This document shows positions 12,661 to 25,290 of a DNA stretch of 64,000 bases, one piece after another. The position numbers and the translations under genes were made by a program. Within the stretch, counting starts at the first letter, position 1; the number at the start of each line of letters is the position of its first letter. Under the pieces are notes generated by a model. The model was not told where the DNA came from, ran no database searches, and saw only the letters and a program-made list of their open reading frames with translations. Source of the stretch: Camelus dromedarius (Eukaryota); assembly GCF_036321535.1 (NCBI RefSeq), contig NC_087444.1:39556001-39620000 (forward strand), given 5' to 3'.

Positions 12661-13344
12661 TCTCCTTCCATTTAAGTAGAGCATGATTTCAATAAATGTA
12701 GGAGAGAGGAGGGTTGTCTCCAGATTAACTGTAGATTTGGAGTCCTCTGCTTGAAAGGAAAGCAAGAGAACTAATTCAAAAAGTCCAACATCATGTCATA
12801 CTAGAGAACAGGCTATAAACAAGCTGGTTGCCACTAAACCATGTCCACTCTGATGGCTCAATTTTTTTTTCTCCTTCTAACTGTGTTCATTTTTCCGAGT
12901 AATATGTGTTGCTGGAAGGAGAGAAAGGTCACTACAAATGTAGTGTAGTGAGAGAGAAGTGTCATTACAAGGAGAATCTACCTTGCCATGTTTACCTGTC
13001 AGCAGTCTCCTGCTTATTTTCCACTTCCCACTAAAGCAGATGCATTTCAAGTACACAATCCAGGGAGCAGTGCTGCAGTAAGGTAGGCAGCAGCATGGGT
13101 GGTGCACCAGGGAAGCCTTCCTTGGACAAGTATTCAGTTTGGTACCCTGCTTTTGCTCGCTGATTTGCCATCTGGGTGACTTCTTTGCAAAGCAGAGGCC
13201 CAGGGAAATGCTGTTTGTCTCTTTGCTTAACCCAATATTCTGCTTAACAGAACTCCTTAGTAGATAATGCATGCATAGAATGTTGAATTTTGAATAATAA
13301 GATAGGCAAATACAAGTGAGAGAGAGAGAAAACATGATTGAGAT

Positions 13345-13640
13345 GTATTCATTTATTCAACCAATATTTAATGATCACTTATTATGTACCATGCACAGAA
13401 TTTCTAGGATTCTGGAAGTCCATGCTGTGAAGAATGAAATTATCTAGTCAAGATAGGAAAAGGAGGACAAGTATGCAAATAATTAAAAAGTGATCACAGA
13501 GTGTGAGAGACTGAGATTGATATGAAGGAATTTTGGAAGGTGTGGAATAGCTGGTGACGTGAGGCAAAAAAAAGAGGGGGAAAGTTCATAGCAACCCTTG
13601 TCTGAGGTGGTGACATTTGAACTTGGAATGGAAGGATGAT
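13345..13640 (-). mobile_element. L2 3' end, antisense
   Basis: attcatttattcaaccaatatttaatgatcacttattatgtacc...gaggtggtgacatttgaac. Confidence 0.65.
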
Positions 13641-13644
13641 ATTT

Positions 13645-16260
13645 CTGTTTCTGATAAAGATGATATAACAGGGACTAGATTTACCTTTGACCTTAAATAA
13701 TCATAAAACAAATAAAATAGTTGAAATAAAAGTTTTTCAGGACATAGGATATCAGACAACAAAGGCATCAGGTCTGAGTGTTGGCAAGCAAACAAGAGAG
13801 CCCTGCTATTGGCCAAGTTTATTGCCTTGAAAATATTTCCAAACAACAGTGCAGGCAGTAAAACCCAGGCAGCATGCAGATGTCTTCTTGAAGAGGCAGG
13901 GCTGAGAACTTGGGATATAGTGATGGATAAAGTCTGCAGAACAGCGGGTCTGATGAGAGATCCACACACAGAGGAAAGTACACATATCTACAAGGGTCCC
14001 CAGTATGCATCAGTACATGCATGAAAGGAGACCACCTGAAACTGGGAAATGACCACCCGAAGAGATAAAAGTTAACAGAGCCTGGCATTTATACAGATCT
14101 GGTGCAGTGCTTGTTCCCAACAGCCAGATGGGGAATCTTTATGATTCATGGGTCATTGGCAACAATACACAGGGAAATAGCCTTGCACTGAGCATTGATA
14201 AGAAACCATGAAAGTAAGACCCAGAAGGACCAAACTGCTTCCAAGTTTCTAAACTGTGTCCCACAATTAGGCTTAACAATATTTATGGGAATGGGGAGAC
14301 ATCCAACACCCCACAAAGTAAAATCAACCCTGTTTAGTATACGAGTATCAGGCATGCAAAAAAGAGGAACTCTATAGTGAGAAAATAAATAAGTTAATAG
14401 AAGGAGATCCAGAAGTAACACAGGTGTTAGAATTAGTAGTGAAGAACATTAAGATGGTTATTATAACTGTACTTTATATGAACCAAAAGAAAAGTGGAGA
14501 TATTGAAAATATAAAAAAGAGGAATCAAATTTCTACAAATAAAAATTATAATGTCTCAGGAGAAATGAACAGTGCATGGAAGTTATGGGAAATTAGATAT
14601 TTCAGAAATGAAATGAGTAGTGAATTTGAAGACATACCAGTCGCAATTATTTTAAAAAAGAAAAACAGAAAAACAGAATTTTTTTTTTTAAATTGTGAAT
14701 TTTGAGACAAGTTAAACTAACCTAATATATGTGCAGTTATTATTCTGGGAGTCAGACAGGATGCAGAAAAATGTGTTTTAAAAACAAATGGTTGAATAAT
14801 TTCAAAGTTTGATTAAACAAAAACATGCACAGACCTAAGAATCTCAATAAACTCCAAGTACAACACCAAAGGAGATCTTCATCCAATTGCTCAAAACCAG
14901 GGATTAAGAGAAAATCTTAAAAGTACGTATTATGCACACACACACAAAGATAAAACCTAGAATTCTTTATCCAACAAAAATATCCATAAAGGTAGAGACA
15001 AAAAACATGCTTTTTCCAACATACAAAAGCCCAAAGAATTAATCACCGATGGGCACACATTCTAAGAAAGGTTATAAAGCTGTCCTTCAGACGGAGGAGA
15101 CTTGTACCATTTGGAAATGTACCTCTAGACAGAGGAACACAGAGCATTGGAAATGGTAACTACATGGATGAAAATACAAACTAGTTCCCTTTTATTTAAA
15201 TCTCTTTAAAATACAATTTTTTAATCAAAAGTAATAGCAATTTAGTGGGGAGTTTTACTAACACCTATAGAAGCAAATTACATGACAACAAGAACACAAA
15301 TTTCAGGAGAGGATGAATATAAGTATCCTATGGTCAGTTACTTACATTAGACACAAAGAGATGTATCACTTGAAGGTAGATTTTGAAAGGTTAGGATGGA
15401 TGCTATAAGCTCTAAAGAAAACACTAAAATAACTAAATAAAGAGTTATATAGTTAATAAGCCCCCCAAAAGGATATAGAATCACATCATAAAAAAAGTTA
15501 CATTAAACCAAAAGAAGGCAGAAAAAGAGAGAAAAAGGAACCATAAACAGAGGGGACAAGTATGAAAGAAGTAATAAATTGATAGATGCAAAACTAATCA
15601 TATGAATATTTAAATTAAATTCAAACAATAAATAGCCCATAGGTTAAAAAAGCAAGACCCAACTATATGCTGGCTACAAGAAAAACACTTTATAAAGACA
15701 CAAATAGGTTAAAATTAAAACAATAACCCCCAAAATTAATTAACCCTCCCAAAAAACAAACAAAAATTAATTAAAAAAATTTAACAACCCAAAAAATCCC
15801 CCAAAATAAATTAAAAAAAATTTTAATTAAAAAGTAAATTCAAAATGTTTTTAAATTTTTAAAATGACAACTACACTTCAATTAGATAGATAGATAGATA
15901 AAAAAGAAGATATATACCATGCTAAGAGAAAGCTAGATGTTAATGTTAATTATTATTATATAATATTAATAGCAGCATATTTCAAGCAAATGTTATCATA
16001 GATAAAGAAAGTCAGTTCATAATTATAAAGGAGCCAATTCTTTTGCTAAACATTTATGTACTTAATAATAGACTTCAAAATACATGAATCAAAAATGATA
16101 AAGCTACACAGAGAAATAGACAAATCTACAATAATAGCAGAGATCCCCGTACTGCTCTCTCAATAACTGATGGAACAAATAGAAAATCAGTAAGGATGTA
16201 GATTTGAACAACATCAGTGATCACCTTCACCTGAGTGACATTTATAGAATAGTCTTCCCT
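13645..16260 (+). mobile_element. Ancient L1 5' part (5' UTR, ORF1, start of ORF2 endonuclease), sense
   Basis: A-rich sense strand. ORF1-like sequence at ~14400-15200. Endonuclease motifs aaagcaagacccaactatatgctggctacaag (~15650) and ctctcaataactgatggaac (~16157). Confidence 0.8.
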
Positions 16261-17009
16261 AAAACATGAAGGAGTTATAGCCATTAAACTCCAAGATACA
16301 ATACTGAATAATGATTGAAAAATCAGTCAAAAAAAGTAAATTTGGGGATTATTTTAGTCTCTCCCTGCACTGATGATTACATGCTGTATTCCTGCAGTAA
16401 ATCTACTAGTTAACCTTCTTGAACTTTTCCCATTTAGGTATTTTTGCATATTTCTCCAAGAAATATCTCCTAACCTGTTTGGTTTCTGAATTTTCCCTTG
16501 ACTTATTCTGCCAAGTGGATTTGTTCTAGAGCCAAACCACAGAACTCCCTCTCATGTATCCCATCCAAGAGTCTGACTGTATCCCCCATAGACTTGAATA
16601 TTAATCAGATTCTACTGTATCCTTAGGCAGTTATTTTCACCCATCACCCCAACACCTTTCTCCTACTTTTTCTCCACACTCCTCCATCATCTCCATGAAA
16701 TCTTCAGTTCTAGATTAGGGCTTGTGTGTATTTATGGTCATTTAACGTGATTTATGTTGAAGTAAAAATAACCACATTCCCTTCCCTGTGATCAAGAAAT
16801 AAGAAATCTAATTTTAAGAGAAAAGTATGTGAGCAAATACAGTTCTAATGCTTTCTCCTCTCCTGAGATCCTGGGATGCTGTGAAATGAGCTCAATTATT
16901 CCAAATTAATATGTAGAGACATGTCTAGGTGTCATCATACTTGGACAGACATCTACATGTATATATGTGCATGTCTGTCTATGTGTGTACATATACACAC
17001 ATATATATC

Positions 17010-17175
17010 TTAGATGAATCCAGTTTCTGTTTCATATGAACTGTAAGTCCTTATGAGTTATTTAACTTCCCTGACCATCAGTTATTACAGTTAAAAAATG
17101 GGTATAAGATTCCTGCTATGCTGCTCATGAGGTTGTTATGAGGGTTATAAGGAAAACATGACCTGAAAGAACTTT
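17010..17175 (+). mobile_element. MIR fragment
   Basis: agttatttaacttccctgaccatcag...aaatgggtataa...gaggttgttatgaggg. Confidence 0.55.
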
Positions 17176-17339
17176 AAAAATATGTTCAATTCTTTATGTG
17201 CAAGAGACTTTTATTGTGTGTAGTGTTGACATGGAATGAAGGTAGTAAGTTAGCGATTCTCCAAGTTTTCGTTGTAAAACTTAGATATCACATTTGATTA
17301 TATCTAATTAAATGTTCACAGTTCGTTAGAGGTTTATAT

Positions 17340-17495
17340 GAGAGTGTTGAGTTTCATCTTAGCTCTTCCTCTTATAGTTTATTTTTAAGCAAGTTACTTG
17401 ATTTCCCTGAACCTTAATTTCCAAGTGAATTGAATGACTGTAGGAACATATCTACAAGCATATTTGAGAGGATTAAATGAGATAATGTAAGAATT
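17340..17495 (+). mobile_element. MIR fragment
   Basis: gcaagttacttgatttccctgaacc...gagaggattaaatgagataatgta. Confidence 0.6.
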
Positions 17496-17624
17496 GCATC
17501 TGCAAGATACACATATACACAAACTCCTGTGCTTCTTATATATATACGTAAAGACATAGAGAACATGGGAAGATGAATTACTTAGTGCATTTATTTGTTC
17601 ACATCAGACTCTTAATTCATTTTG

Positions 17625-17838
17625 TAATGTGGTGGAGTCTTTCTATTGATTCCAGGAAACATTTGGGGATATATGAAGACTTTTGAGTGTCACCACTAGG
17701 AGGCAGAGGATGCTAGTGGCATCTATTAGGTAACAGTTAGAGATGTTGATTAAAATGGTACTATGCACAGGGCAGCCCCAAACAACAAATCATCCACCCC
17801 AAAATGTAAATAGTTCCAAAGATGCAAAAACCCCATTG
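17625..17838. mobile_element. MER20 hAT-Charlie MITE
   Basis: ggatgctagtggcatctattaggta...ctatgcacagggcagccccaaacaac...ccccaaaatgtaaatagt matches the recalled MER20 consensus. Confidence 0.75.
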
Positions 17839-18919
17839 TAACAAGTAAATAAAGGAAACACATGCAGGAATCTATTCTTCATATTTGTTCAGCCTCTAAC
17901 AAATGAAAAATCTGCTTGTGCTCAGAGAGAAAGAAAGAAAAAGTAAAAGGATATATTCTGTGGGTTTTTTCCTTTTCTTTTGCCTCTTCTTTTTTTTGCT
18001 TATGTTTTTTCACGGACATTTGTCTAGTTTTGTCAGAAATAGTGGTCAGCAGGGTCCAATAAAACAACCACATCTTGTGGAGAAGCCCTGACTATTGTCA
18101 TAATAAAACTAGAACATTGTGCCCAGTATGATGACATTATTCTTGATTCATTTTCATCTTTTTGTTTTCTTCTAAGATACCTAAATTATTTCTTAGGGGC
18201 TTGGTGTATGTCTGACTGTATAAACTATATGCAAAATATGGGCTGATTTAGGCTAGAGATAGACAGTCTTCTACATCTTGAGTCCTGTTACTAAGACACT
18301 AGCAGAATCATAAATTTTAATTATGATTGGCAGGGATCATGCATTTCCTGTGTTTGACAATTTTTCCATAATTTTTAATAATGAAGGGAAACCTTGAATA
18401 TGTACCACAAAGCCTTGTATCCACACCTTGACTAGTAACAATTTCTGGTTGTGCAAGACAGATATCTGATGGTCATTTTTAACCCCAGGTCATAAATCCT
18501 GTACACATGACCCTTCAAGAGATGCCTGATCCCTTGTTGTAAGCCAGGGTATTGTTCCTCCCGTCAAGAATTCATTCATGTGTGGCAGCACAAACGCACA
18601 GAGGTTCAAAGGCACAAAGACAAGTGATAACATTGCATTTTTTTTTTCCTTGGCAATAAAAGCCACATGAGTGACATGAACATAGGTCTGTTAATGAGAG
18701 CAGCTGGACAGTGATCCTGGGAAGGTAAAAAGCAATCCAGTAAGGAAGAACATTTATGCCAAATTTTAGTTAAGGAGGTCATTGTGGCTTGTTATTTTAA
18801 ATATTTTATGGTAGTAGTAGAGGGTAAGAACATTAAGACTGGTTAGTCAAAAAGTGGGCCCTCAAAATAGTCTCTAAGCTGAATTAATTAATACTTGGGT
18901 GGTTACTTGAGATGAAACA

Positions 18920-19380
18920 ATTGGCTTTGCATTGTTCTTAGGGTAAAAGCTGAAGTCCTTTACATGGTGTGAAAAGCTAGCTTTTTTTTTTTTTTTTTTT
19001 TTTTCAGTGCCTTGAATTTTGTCCTCCACATCTAGGGCCTTCAAGCTCTTCTTTCTGCCCAAATTTTCATGTAGTAAGCCCCTGTTCATCCTTCAGATTA
19101 TAGCCTAGACTCTGTCTCTTCAGGGACATCTTCCCCGGGTGTTTGACTACAACATATGTATCTCTCCGTTCCCTTACCTACTGTGCTTTTAGTTTTGTAT
19201 TAATCAATGTAGTTATTCAGTGAATCATTACAAGTTTGTAAATTCTATAGTAAAGGCAAGAACTGTGACGATGAGGAACTTCATTGTGATGGTGAGAAAC
19301 TTCACTCACCAATTTATCTCTGGTGTCTCTGTGTGATACCTGCTATATTTTGGGCTCTCAATAAACAATTATGGAATAAA
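18920..19380 (+). mobile_element. L2 3' region
   Basis: Pyrimidine-rich L2 3' sequence ending gggctctcaataaacaattatggaataaa. Confidence 0.55.
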
Positions 19381-19759
19381 AAATACATAAATAAATTAAT
19401 AGATGAGTCTACACATCCCGTGTGTTTTCTCAGGCCGTTCTAGGCACAGGAGAATAAGATAAAAAGTGTAAGGTGTACTCTTGTGGAAATATTTCACAAT
19501 CTGGTAAGGGTTTAGATATTTGAGCATATAGAGCAAAATAAATATGAAAAATGTTTTAATAATAAATATAAAATAGTTATAAGGACACTGAAGGAGGAGC
19601 ATGTATAGATTTTTTTTTGCCCCCTGAAGAGCAAGTTATCAGTTTCCGTTGGTTTACCACATTTTAGTTAAAATATTCTTTCTGTTGTTTATTTGGTTGA
19701 CAAACTTGGTCCCACTTTGATCCTTGGTATTTTCTTCTATGAAGTTGAACCTCCGCCTA

Positions 19760-20080
19760 CAACACTGTGTCTCCATCTGATCCTTCAAGGATTCCTTCCT
19801 AAGGGACATCCCCCTAACAATCAAATTTACAGTCCTCCTCACTCTTCCCTGCTGCTTTCAACTCTTGCCCTGCTCTTACCTTTCCACTGCACTTATTACT
19901 ATTGTAAAGTGCATTGCCTGTTTCTTTGTTCATTTTCTATTTTTTCTACCCTCCAGAATATAAGTGTCATGAGATGAGAGAATTTTTTTTCTGTTTTTTT
20001 CCAGCCTGTTCTCCATGACATCTCAAAGAGGGTCTGGGGCCTAGAAAACACACAATAATATACTTTGAGTGAATATATGA
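19760..20080 (+). mobile_element. L2 3' region
   Basis: ccagaatataagtgtcatgagatgagag...cacacaataatatactttgagtgaata. Confidence 0.55.
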
Positions 20081-20089
20081 CTAGAGGAA

Positions 20090-20540
20090 AGATGAATGCA
20101 TAACTGAAGAAGGCTTTTTAGATATTCTAAAATCTGAATTTGATCTCAAGAGTGAAAAAAAAAAAATCCTAATCAAAAAAGAAGACAAATTTGGGGCAGA
20201 AGACATAGTGCCTACAGAGTCACTGAGGCATGAGGGAATCATGGTGTGTTGGGGGATTTTTTTTTTCCCCCCAAAGCATCATACATGTTTTCTTCAGGGG
20301 CTAGAGACAGGCAGCAAAAGTAGAAAGGTAAAAGCAGGGCAGAGTATAGAAGGACCTCAAAGTTAATAAATTCGTCTTCTCTGAGCAATAGCAAGTCACA
20401 GAAGGCATTTAGACTAGTAAATGAAATGATGAATTTTGCGTTTTAGGAAGATCAATTCAGCAGTTGGATGGAAATGAAATGGAAGAGAAAGTGGCTGCTG
20501 GCCAAGAAACCAGCTAGAAGGCTGTTGCCAAAATCTAGGA
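20090..20540 (-). mobile_element. L2 antisense
   Basis: Purine-rich gcgttttaggaagatcaattcagcag...gaaaccagctagaaggctgttgc. The element seems to resume at ~20860-21010. Confidence 0.6.
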
Positions 20541-21019
20541 AGTATTTCTAAAGCATCTCCTATAAGAGTCTCAGTTTTATTCTCTTTAATATATGTACCT
20601 GATCATTTGAGTATTACAATAGATCTTAAAAGTACCTAGTCTTCTACTGCTATTTCATTTCTTTTTTTAATTTTTTTTTGTGCACTTAGTAGGTTTTATT
20701 CCAAGTTTATAAATACAGGGAAAGAGGAATAAGAAAGATCAGAGACATTTTCTTAAGCCCGTTGTATTTAACATGCATGTTATTAAAGGTTAAACTATAT
20801 AAATGCATTTACAAATGGGGGATAAAAAGAGGCCAACATGATACACATTAAAAAAAAACTAAGGCCAGAGGGTGGAGAGGCCAAGAGAAGGTCAGTATTA
20901 CCATATGAGACTTAAATAGATTATAGGATTGTATATTTGGAAGAAAAACAGTGATATGGAAATTAGAAGTACTGGCAGGTATCAGAGTCACAAAGATGGT
21001 TATGAGGGCAAAGATGTTG

Positions 21020-21240
21020 ATATGAATGCAGTGTACTGGGGCCTTAGCCTGACCCAGCCTCCAGTTCTGACTCTGATCCTCACTCGTGGCATGACATTGA
21101 GGGCTCCTTCCCTCCCTGGAATTCACTTCTTTTATCCCTTAAATGAAGGCATTGGTCTCAGTAATTTACTAAAAGTAGGGATCCCCTGCTTCCTAAAATA
21201 CTTCAAAGTAGTGACAGAGCTGTGAAAACTACATGCAGTG
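21020..21240 (+). mobile_element. MIR fragment
   Basis: Degenerate core (ctcactcgtggcatgacattgaggg...cttaaatgaagg). Confidence 0.4.
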
Positions 21241-22959
21241 TTTTAGGACTCCAAAGGGAATTCTGTGTTTTCCAATGATAGCACTACGGCAGTTATCCAC
21301 AGCATGAGAGTCCTATTTTATGTCTGAAAATATGACTCATTGTAGTCATTTTGTGTTGTTGATGGCTCTGATTAGTGATTATATATTCTGAGTTCACAAA
21401 AATGGAAACATTATTGCTGCATTGAAATTATTTAGTTTCCAGAGAAACATTTACCAAACGTGGAGCGAAGGGGAAATATATGTACCCAAAGCAATGCCTA
21501 AGAGAGTAGCCCAGATTTGGGGAGCAAATGGTGAATGGAGATTGATCATTCCAGCTCTTTCACTGGTGTCTTCCTTAGAACTTTTTTAGGAAAGGAAAAC
21601 AAAACAGTTTCCATTTGCCAGCCTCAAAGAAGCACTTGTTAGATTTCCTCAGCAGAACCATGAAGAGTTAATATTATAAAGTGTTAATTTGTGAAAGGGA
21701 AAGACACAGCTGGGAATCTTGGGCTCTGGTTTGTCATCCTTTCTGCTGAAATTTCCTATTGATGGTGAGGATATGTGTCTGAGATTATAGGAGCTCTGCA
21801 TGGATTTTTTCCTATGCCTTCGCAACTAATTTGTTGACTTTACGCATGAGATAAATGATTCTATTTCTGAAACTTCTCATTTTCCCCCCAGTGATGGAGG
21901 GTGCATGCTTTCTCATCTCAGTTATTTGGCAAGAAAGCCTACTTTCCTTTTGATAGAAAATAATTTAGAGCATGTAGAAATGTTGGCCTTTGGGAAAACA
22001 AGCTTTCCAAGTTTGTCTAGGGAATTACAGGACACAATTTTAGGAGCAAAAAGAGAAACCTGCAAAATGTGGAGGGGTATTAACTGGCATCAGAACAAGC
22101 TCTGAAACCCTCTGAGGGGTGACCTATCATTACACATGTATGATCAACACATACTAGACTTTGCTCGATAGTCCTGGTTTATGACTTTTGTTCCTCCAAG
22201 GGCCCTTTTGCACTGTTAGAAATGGCCTTCTTTGGATGATATATTACATATTCATATTATTTAAACAGAACTGGATCTAGAACCCAAGAGATTTCAAAAG
22301 TTTCTTAGAGCTTCTGCTCCATGGCTCAGGGCTGTATCCATCATGGGCCATGTCTCCTTAATTTGTGGTTTTTGACTTGGTGCTTAACCCTGCTTGTCTC
22401 GTTCACTGGATTCTGATTAACTTGGGAATTCAATTTGAGTCACCCTATCTGGATTTGTAAATGGGTGGTTTTTTTTCCCCCGGGGAGTAGGGAGAATGAT
22501 GATTACTTTCCCTAGCAAATGTCCAAGCTCTACTCTCCATTCTCTGCATTTTACCTCTGGTTCAGATCTGAGCAATTAGTGTGGAATTCAGCTGGGTTCT
22601 GGACACCCATTTCTACCGATTTTAGGCTCATCAGTTTCTTGTTAACGCAGTTTTTACTGGATGGATTTTGACTTGAGATCTTGACTCCATCTTTTATTTA
22701 TGCAGTGACCAGCCCTGTGATTTAAGAACATCGTCAATGTTAGGTAACTTTCCAATTACTCAACTCTAAAAAGGAGATGCACCTTTGTTTGGAAAAACAA
22801 TACACACATAGGACAATTGCTGACTATAGTATACGGCACACAGTAGTTATTGATTAAATGTTAGTTCTCACTGTTCCTAATCTGGAAATGCCAACTGAAG
22901 AAAAGGATACCAGATATTTGACATGTAACTACTCAGAAATTTTGACATTTGTGACCTAA

Positions 22960-23450
22960 AATATCAGTTTCCATTATTGTGAATACTTTAGATATCTCAT
23001 ATAAGTGGAATCACATAGTATTAATTTGTCTCTTTATGAACTGGTATATTTTACTAACTGCGATATCCTCAAGATACATCTACTCTATAGCATGTGATGT
23101 GACAAGATGTCCTTTTTTTTTAAAAGACTGACTAATATTTCATTGTATGTACTACCTCTTGTTTATCTGGTCCTCCCACTATGGACATTTGAGTTGCTTC
23201 TACCTCTTGGCTATTGTTTTGTTGTTTTTTTTTTAAACTTAAAATTTTTTTTTGCCTTATTTTTTGGGGGGGAGGTGTTAATTAGGTTTGTTTGTTTGTT
23301 TGTTTGTTTATTTAATGGAGATACTGAGGATTGAACCCAGGACCTTGTGTATGCTAGGCTTGCACTCTACTACTGAGCTATACCCTCCAGGGTTGGCTAT
23401 TGTTAACAATGCTGCAAAGAACATGGGTGTGCAAATATCTTTTCAACACC
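22960..23450 (-). mobile_element. L1 3' end (L1MB-like), antisense, hosting a SINE
   Basis: atctcatataagtggaatcacatagtat...ggacatttgagttgcttctacctcttggctattg|ttaacaatgctgcaaagaacatgggtgtgcaaatatc. Confidence 0.8.
23219..23392 (-). mobile_element. Camelid tRNA-derived SINE (Vic-1 type)
   Basis: The minus strand reads ggagggtatagctcagtagtagagtgcaagcctagcatacacaaggtcctgggttcaatcctcagtatctcc (A and B boxes), then a (AAAC)n/A-rich tail. Perfect 12-bp TSD ttggctattgtt at 23207-23218 and 23393-23404. Confidence 0.9.
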
Positions 23451-24849
23451 CAGCATCCTGTTTTCCTGTCTTTTGGGTATGTAGCAGGATGAAATATTCA
23501 AAAGATACTGAACAGATCTGGTTCAAATGGGATTTTTTTATTCTTATGGTGGTTTGACCAAAATGTCGTGTATTTGAGAGCCTTGGATTATGCATGAAAG
23601 AACATACTTGTATCATTGGTTAAGAGAAACTTACAGGTATTAACAGGCACATAACATTTACATCATGAGATATTTTGCATCCTGATTTCCTCACTATGGA
23701 GACATATATAATGGGAAGTAATAAACATGTTATCTTGTAAAGCAGAAACCAAGGAAATTGAATGGTCCCCACATTTGGTATACCCTGATTAAATAAGATG
23801 TCATCAGGTCCTCAGGAACTTCTTCATTATCTTAAGAAAAGTGCACCGCCAATTGCAGCAGGGCATTTCCTGCATGGAGCAGTTGTGATTTAACAATAGC
23901 TGCAAAACCTTTTTAATGAAAAAGCAGGAGAAATCAATAATGATAACTGAGGGAGAATACAAATTCACAGCACATGAACTTAAGTATTTATATGCCTTAA
24001 GGCCTAAGTAAACAAATACAATAAAAATAAACAAGTAAAAGTACAATGGAGGGCATACACAAAAATAAGCTAGCCTTTATCTGGAAATGGAATCTCAATA
24101 TTCACCGTCAAAAATGTTATGTGTTCTATGTTTCCCTACTTCTAGTAGAAATCAGGTGTGCCCACTCCTCCTCCTGCATTTTACTTGTGCCATATACTGA
24201 TAAATGAAAAATTTTAAATCTCAGGGGCCATTTGTACCTCTACTTAAAGTCTCAGAAACCAGTGATAGAGATGTACTGGAGACATGGGTTGAAAAGGCGG
24301 CAGAAAATTTACAAACTTACAGACTCACGCAGGAGATTTTATTGGAACTGGGCAATACAAACAAACATTGTTTCAAAAGCTATACATTTGGAGGTTGTTC
24401 TCATTCTTATCTCAGTATCACATAGGCAGTTTGTAAAATGCAGTTGGCTGGCATGTACCCTATGCTTTTTAACCCAATTGGTAGAGACAGAACTGAGGTA
24501 TCTCCCTCAGTTCTTAGGTCTCAGTGGCCACTTACTGACTCCACAGTGTGTGTTCATTCCCTTTTCATCCCCCTTCTGAGATTTTCTTATATCTGATGAT
24601 GAAATAAGTCAGAATGAGAGGGGCATAATGGCTTCATAAACATACGGTTTATTTAAGGTGTTCATGACTATGACTATAGTCATGACTGTAAGCTGGTAGT
24701 GTTTCCAGGATATTCTATATGACATGTGGTATAAATGCCCTCCCCATAAGTAAGCAGAGAGGGAAGGCCTGAAGGAATAACTTCTCAGGGAAGAATTTTG
24801 TTTTATTCCCAGAGCCCTGAGTCAGACACACACATGCACAAACACACAA

Positions 24850-25180
24850 ATATTTTTATCTATTCTTCACAGAAATTTTAGCCCTTCAAGTGTCTCAGTG
24901 TTAATACTTGACCTTGTCTGGTCCATTGTTTTGTCCATTTCTCCCTTAAGGCTCATGGGATCAGATTCACAAATTCCCCCAGGGTAGCTAAAGCATCAAA
25001 GGCAGCATGCCATTGTAGTTTTCAGCTTCTACTGAAGTTTTGGCCCTTGGGATTGTCCCTTAATTTCCTGCAAATTCAACTAAGCAATTCAATGCATTTT
25101 TGTTATGTTTATCCAATAAGAATGCTAGAGTGGTTAGTTTTGCAGGAATACAGTCTATCATATGGCTGAAAATGAAGTCA
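24850..25180 (-). mobile_element. L1ME-like 5' end fragment
   Basis: tagttttcagcttctactgaagttttggccc...ctatcatatggctgaaaatgaagtc resembles antisense old L1 5' ends. Confidence 0.45.
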
Positions 25181-25290
25181 AATTATTCTACTTCTGCAAA
25201 GAAACACAAAAACATTTTTTTTAATCCTAAAGCTGCATTGACACATATAGAACTTCTTACAAAGTGAATTTTCTGGAAAATTCATTACTC

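Noticed and set aside
12877-13335. Longest ORF in the track (152 aa, minus strand)
   Set aside because: No recognisable domain and no supporting gene structure. An ORF of this length is expected by chance in six frames of 64 kb.
13586-14088. Overlapping ORFs of 127, 71 and 89 aa
   Set aside because: They lie in the 5' UTR region of an old L1.
22496-22571. C/D box snoRNA-like spacing (ATGATGA ... CTGA, 76 nt)
   Set aside because: No terminal stem, no clear C'/D' boxes and no recognisable rRNA antisense element. Such pairs are expected by chance in AT-rich DNA.
23318-23388. tRNA gene
   Set aside because: The tRNA-like head is followed by a SINE linker, an A-rich tail and a TSD, so it is a SINE. 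The same applies to 25340-25410.
24204-24579. Two overlapping plus-strand ORFs (73 and 115 aa), one looking helical
   Set aside because: No recognised homology and weak splice or Kozak context, so they are treated as chance.
24670-24683. 14-bp perfect palindrome atgactatagtcat
   Set aside because: Short, and embedded in a local atgact repeat, so within chance expectation.
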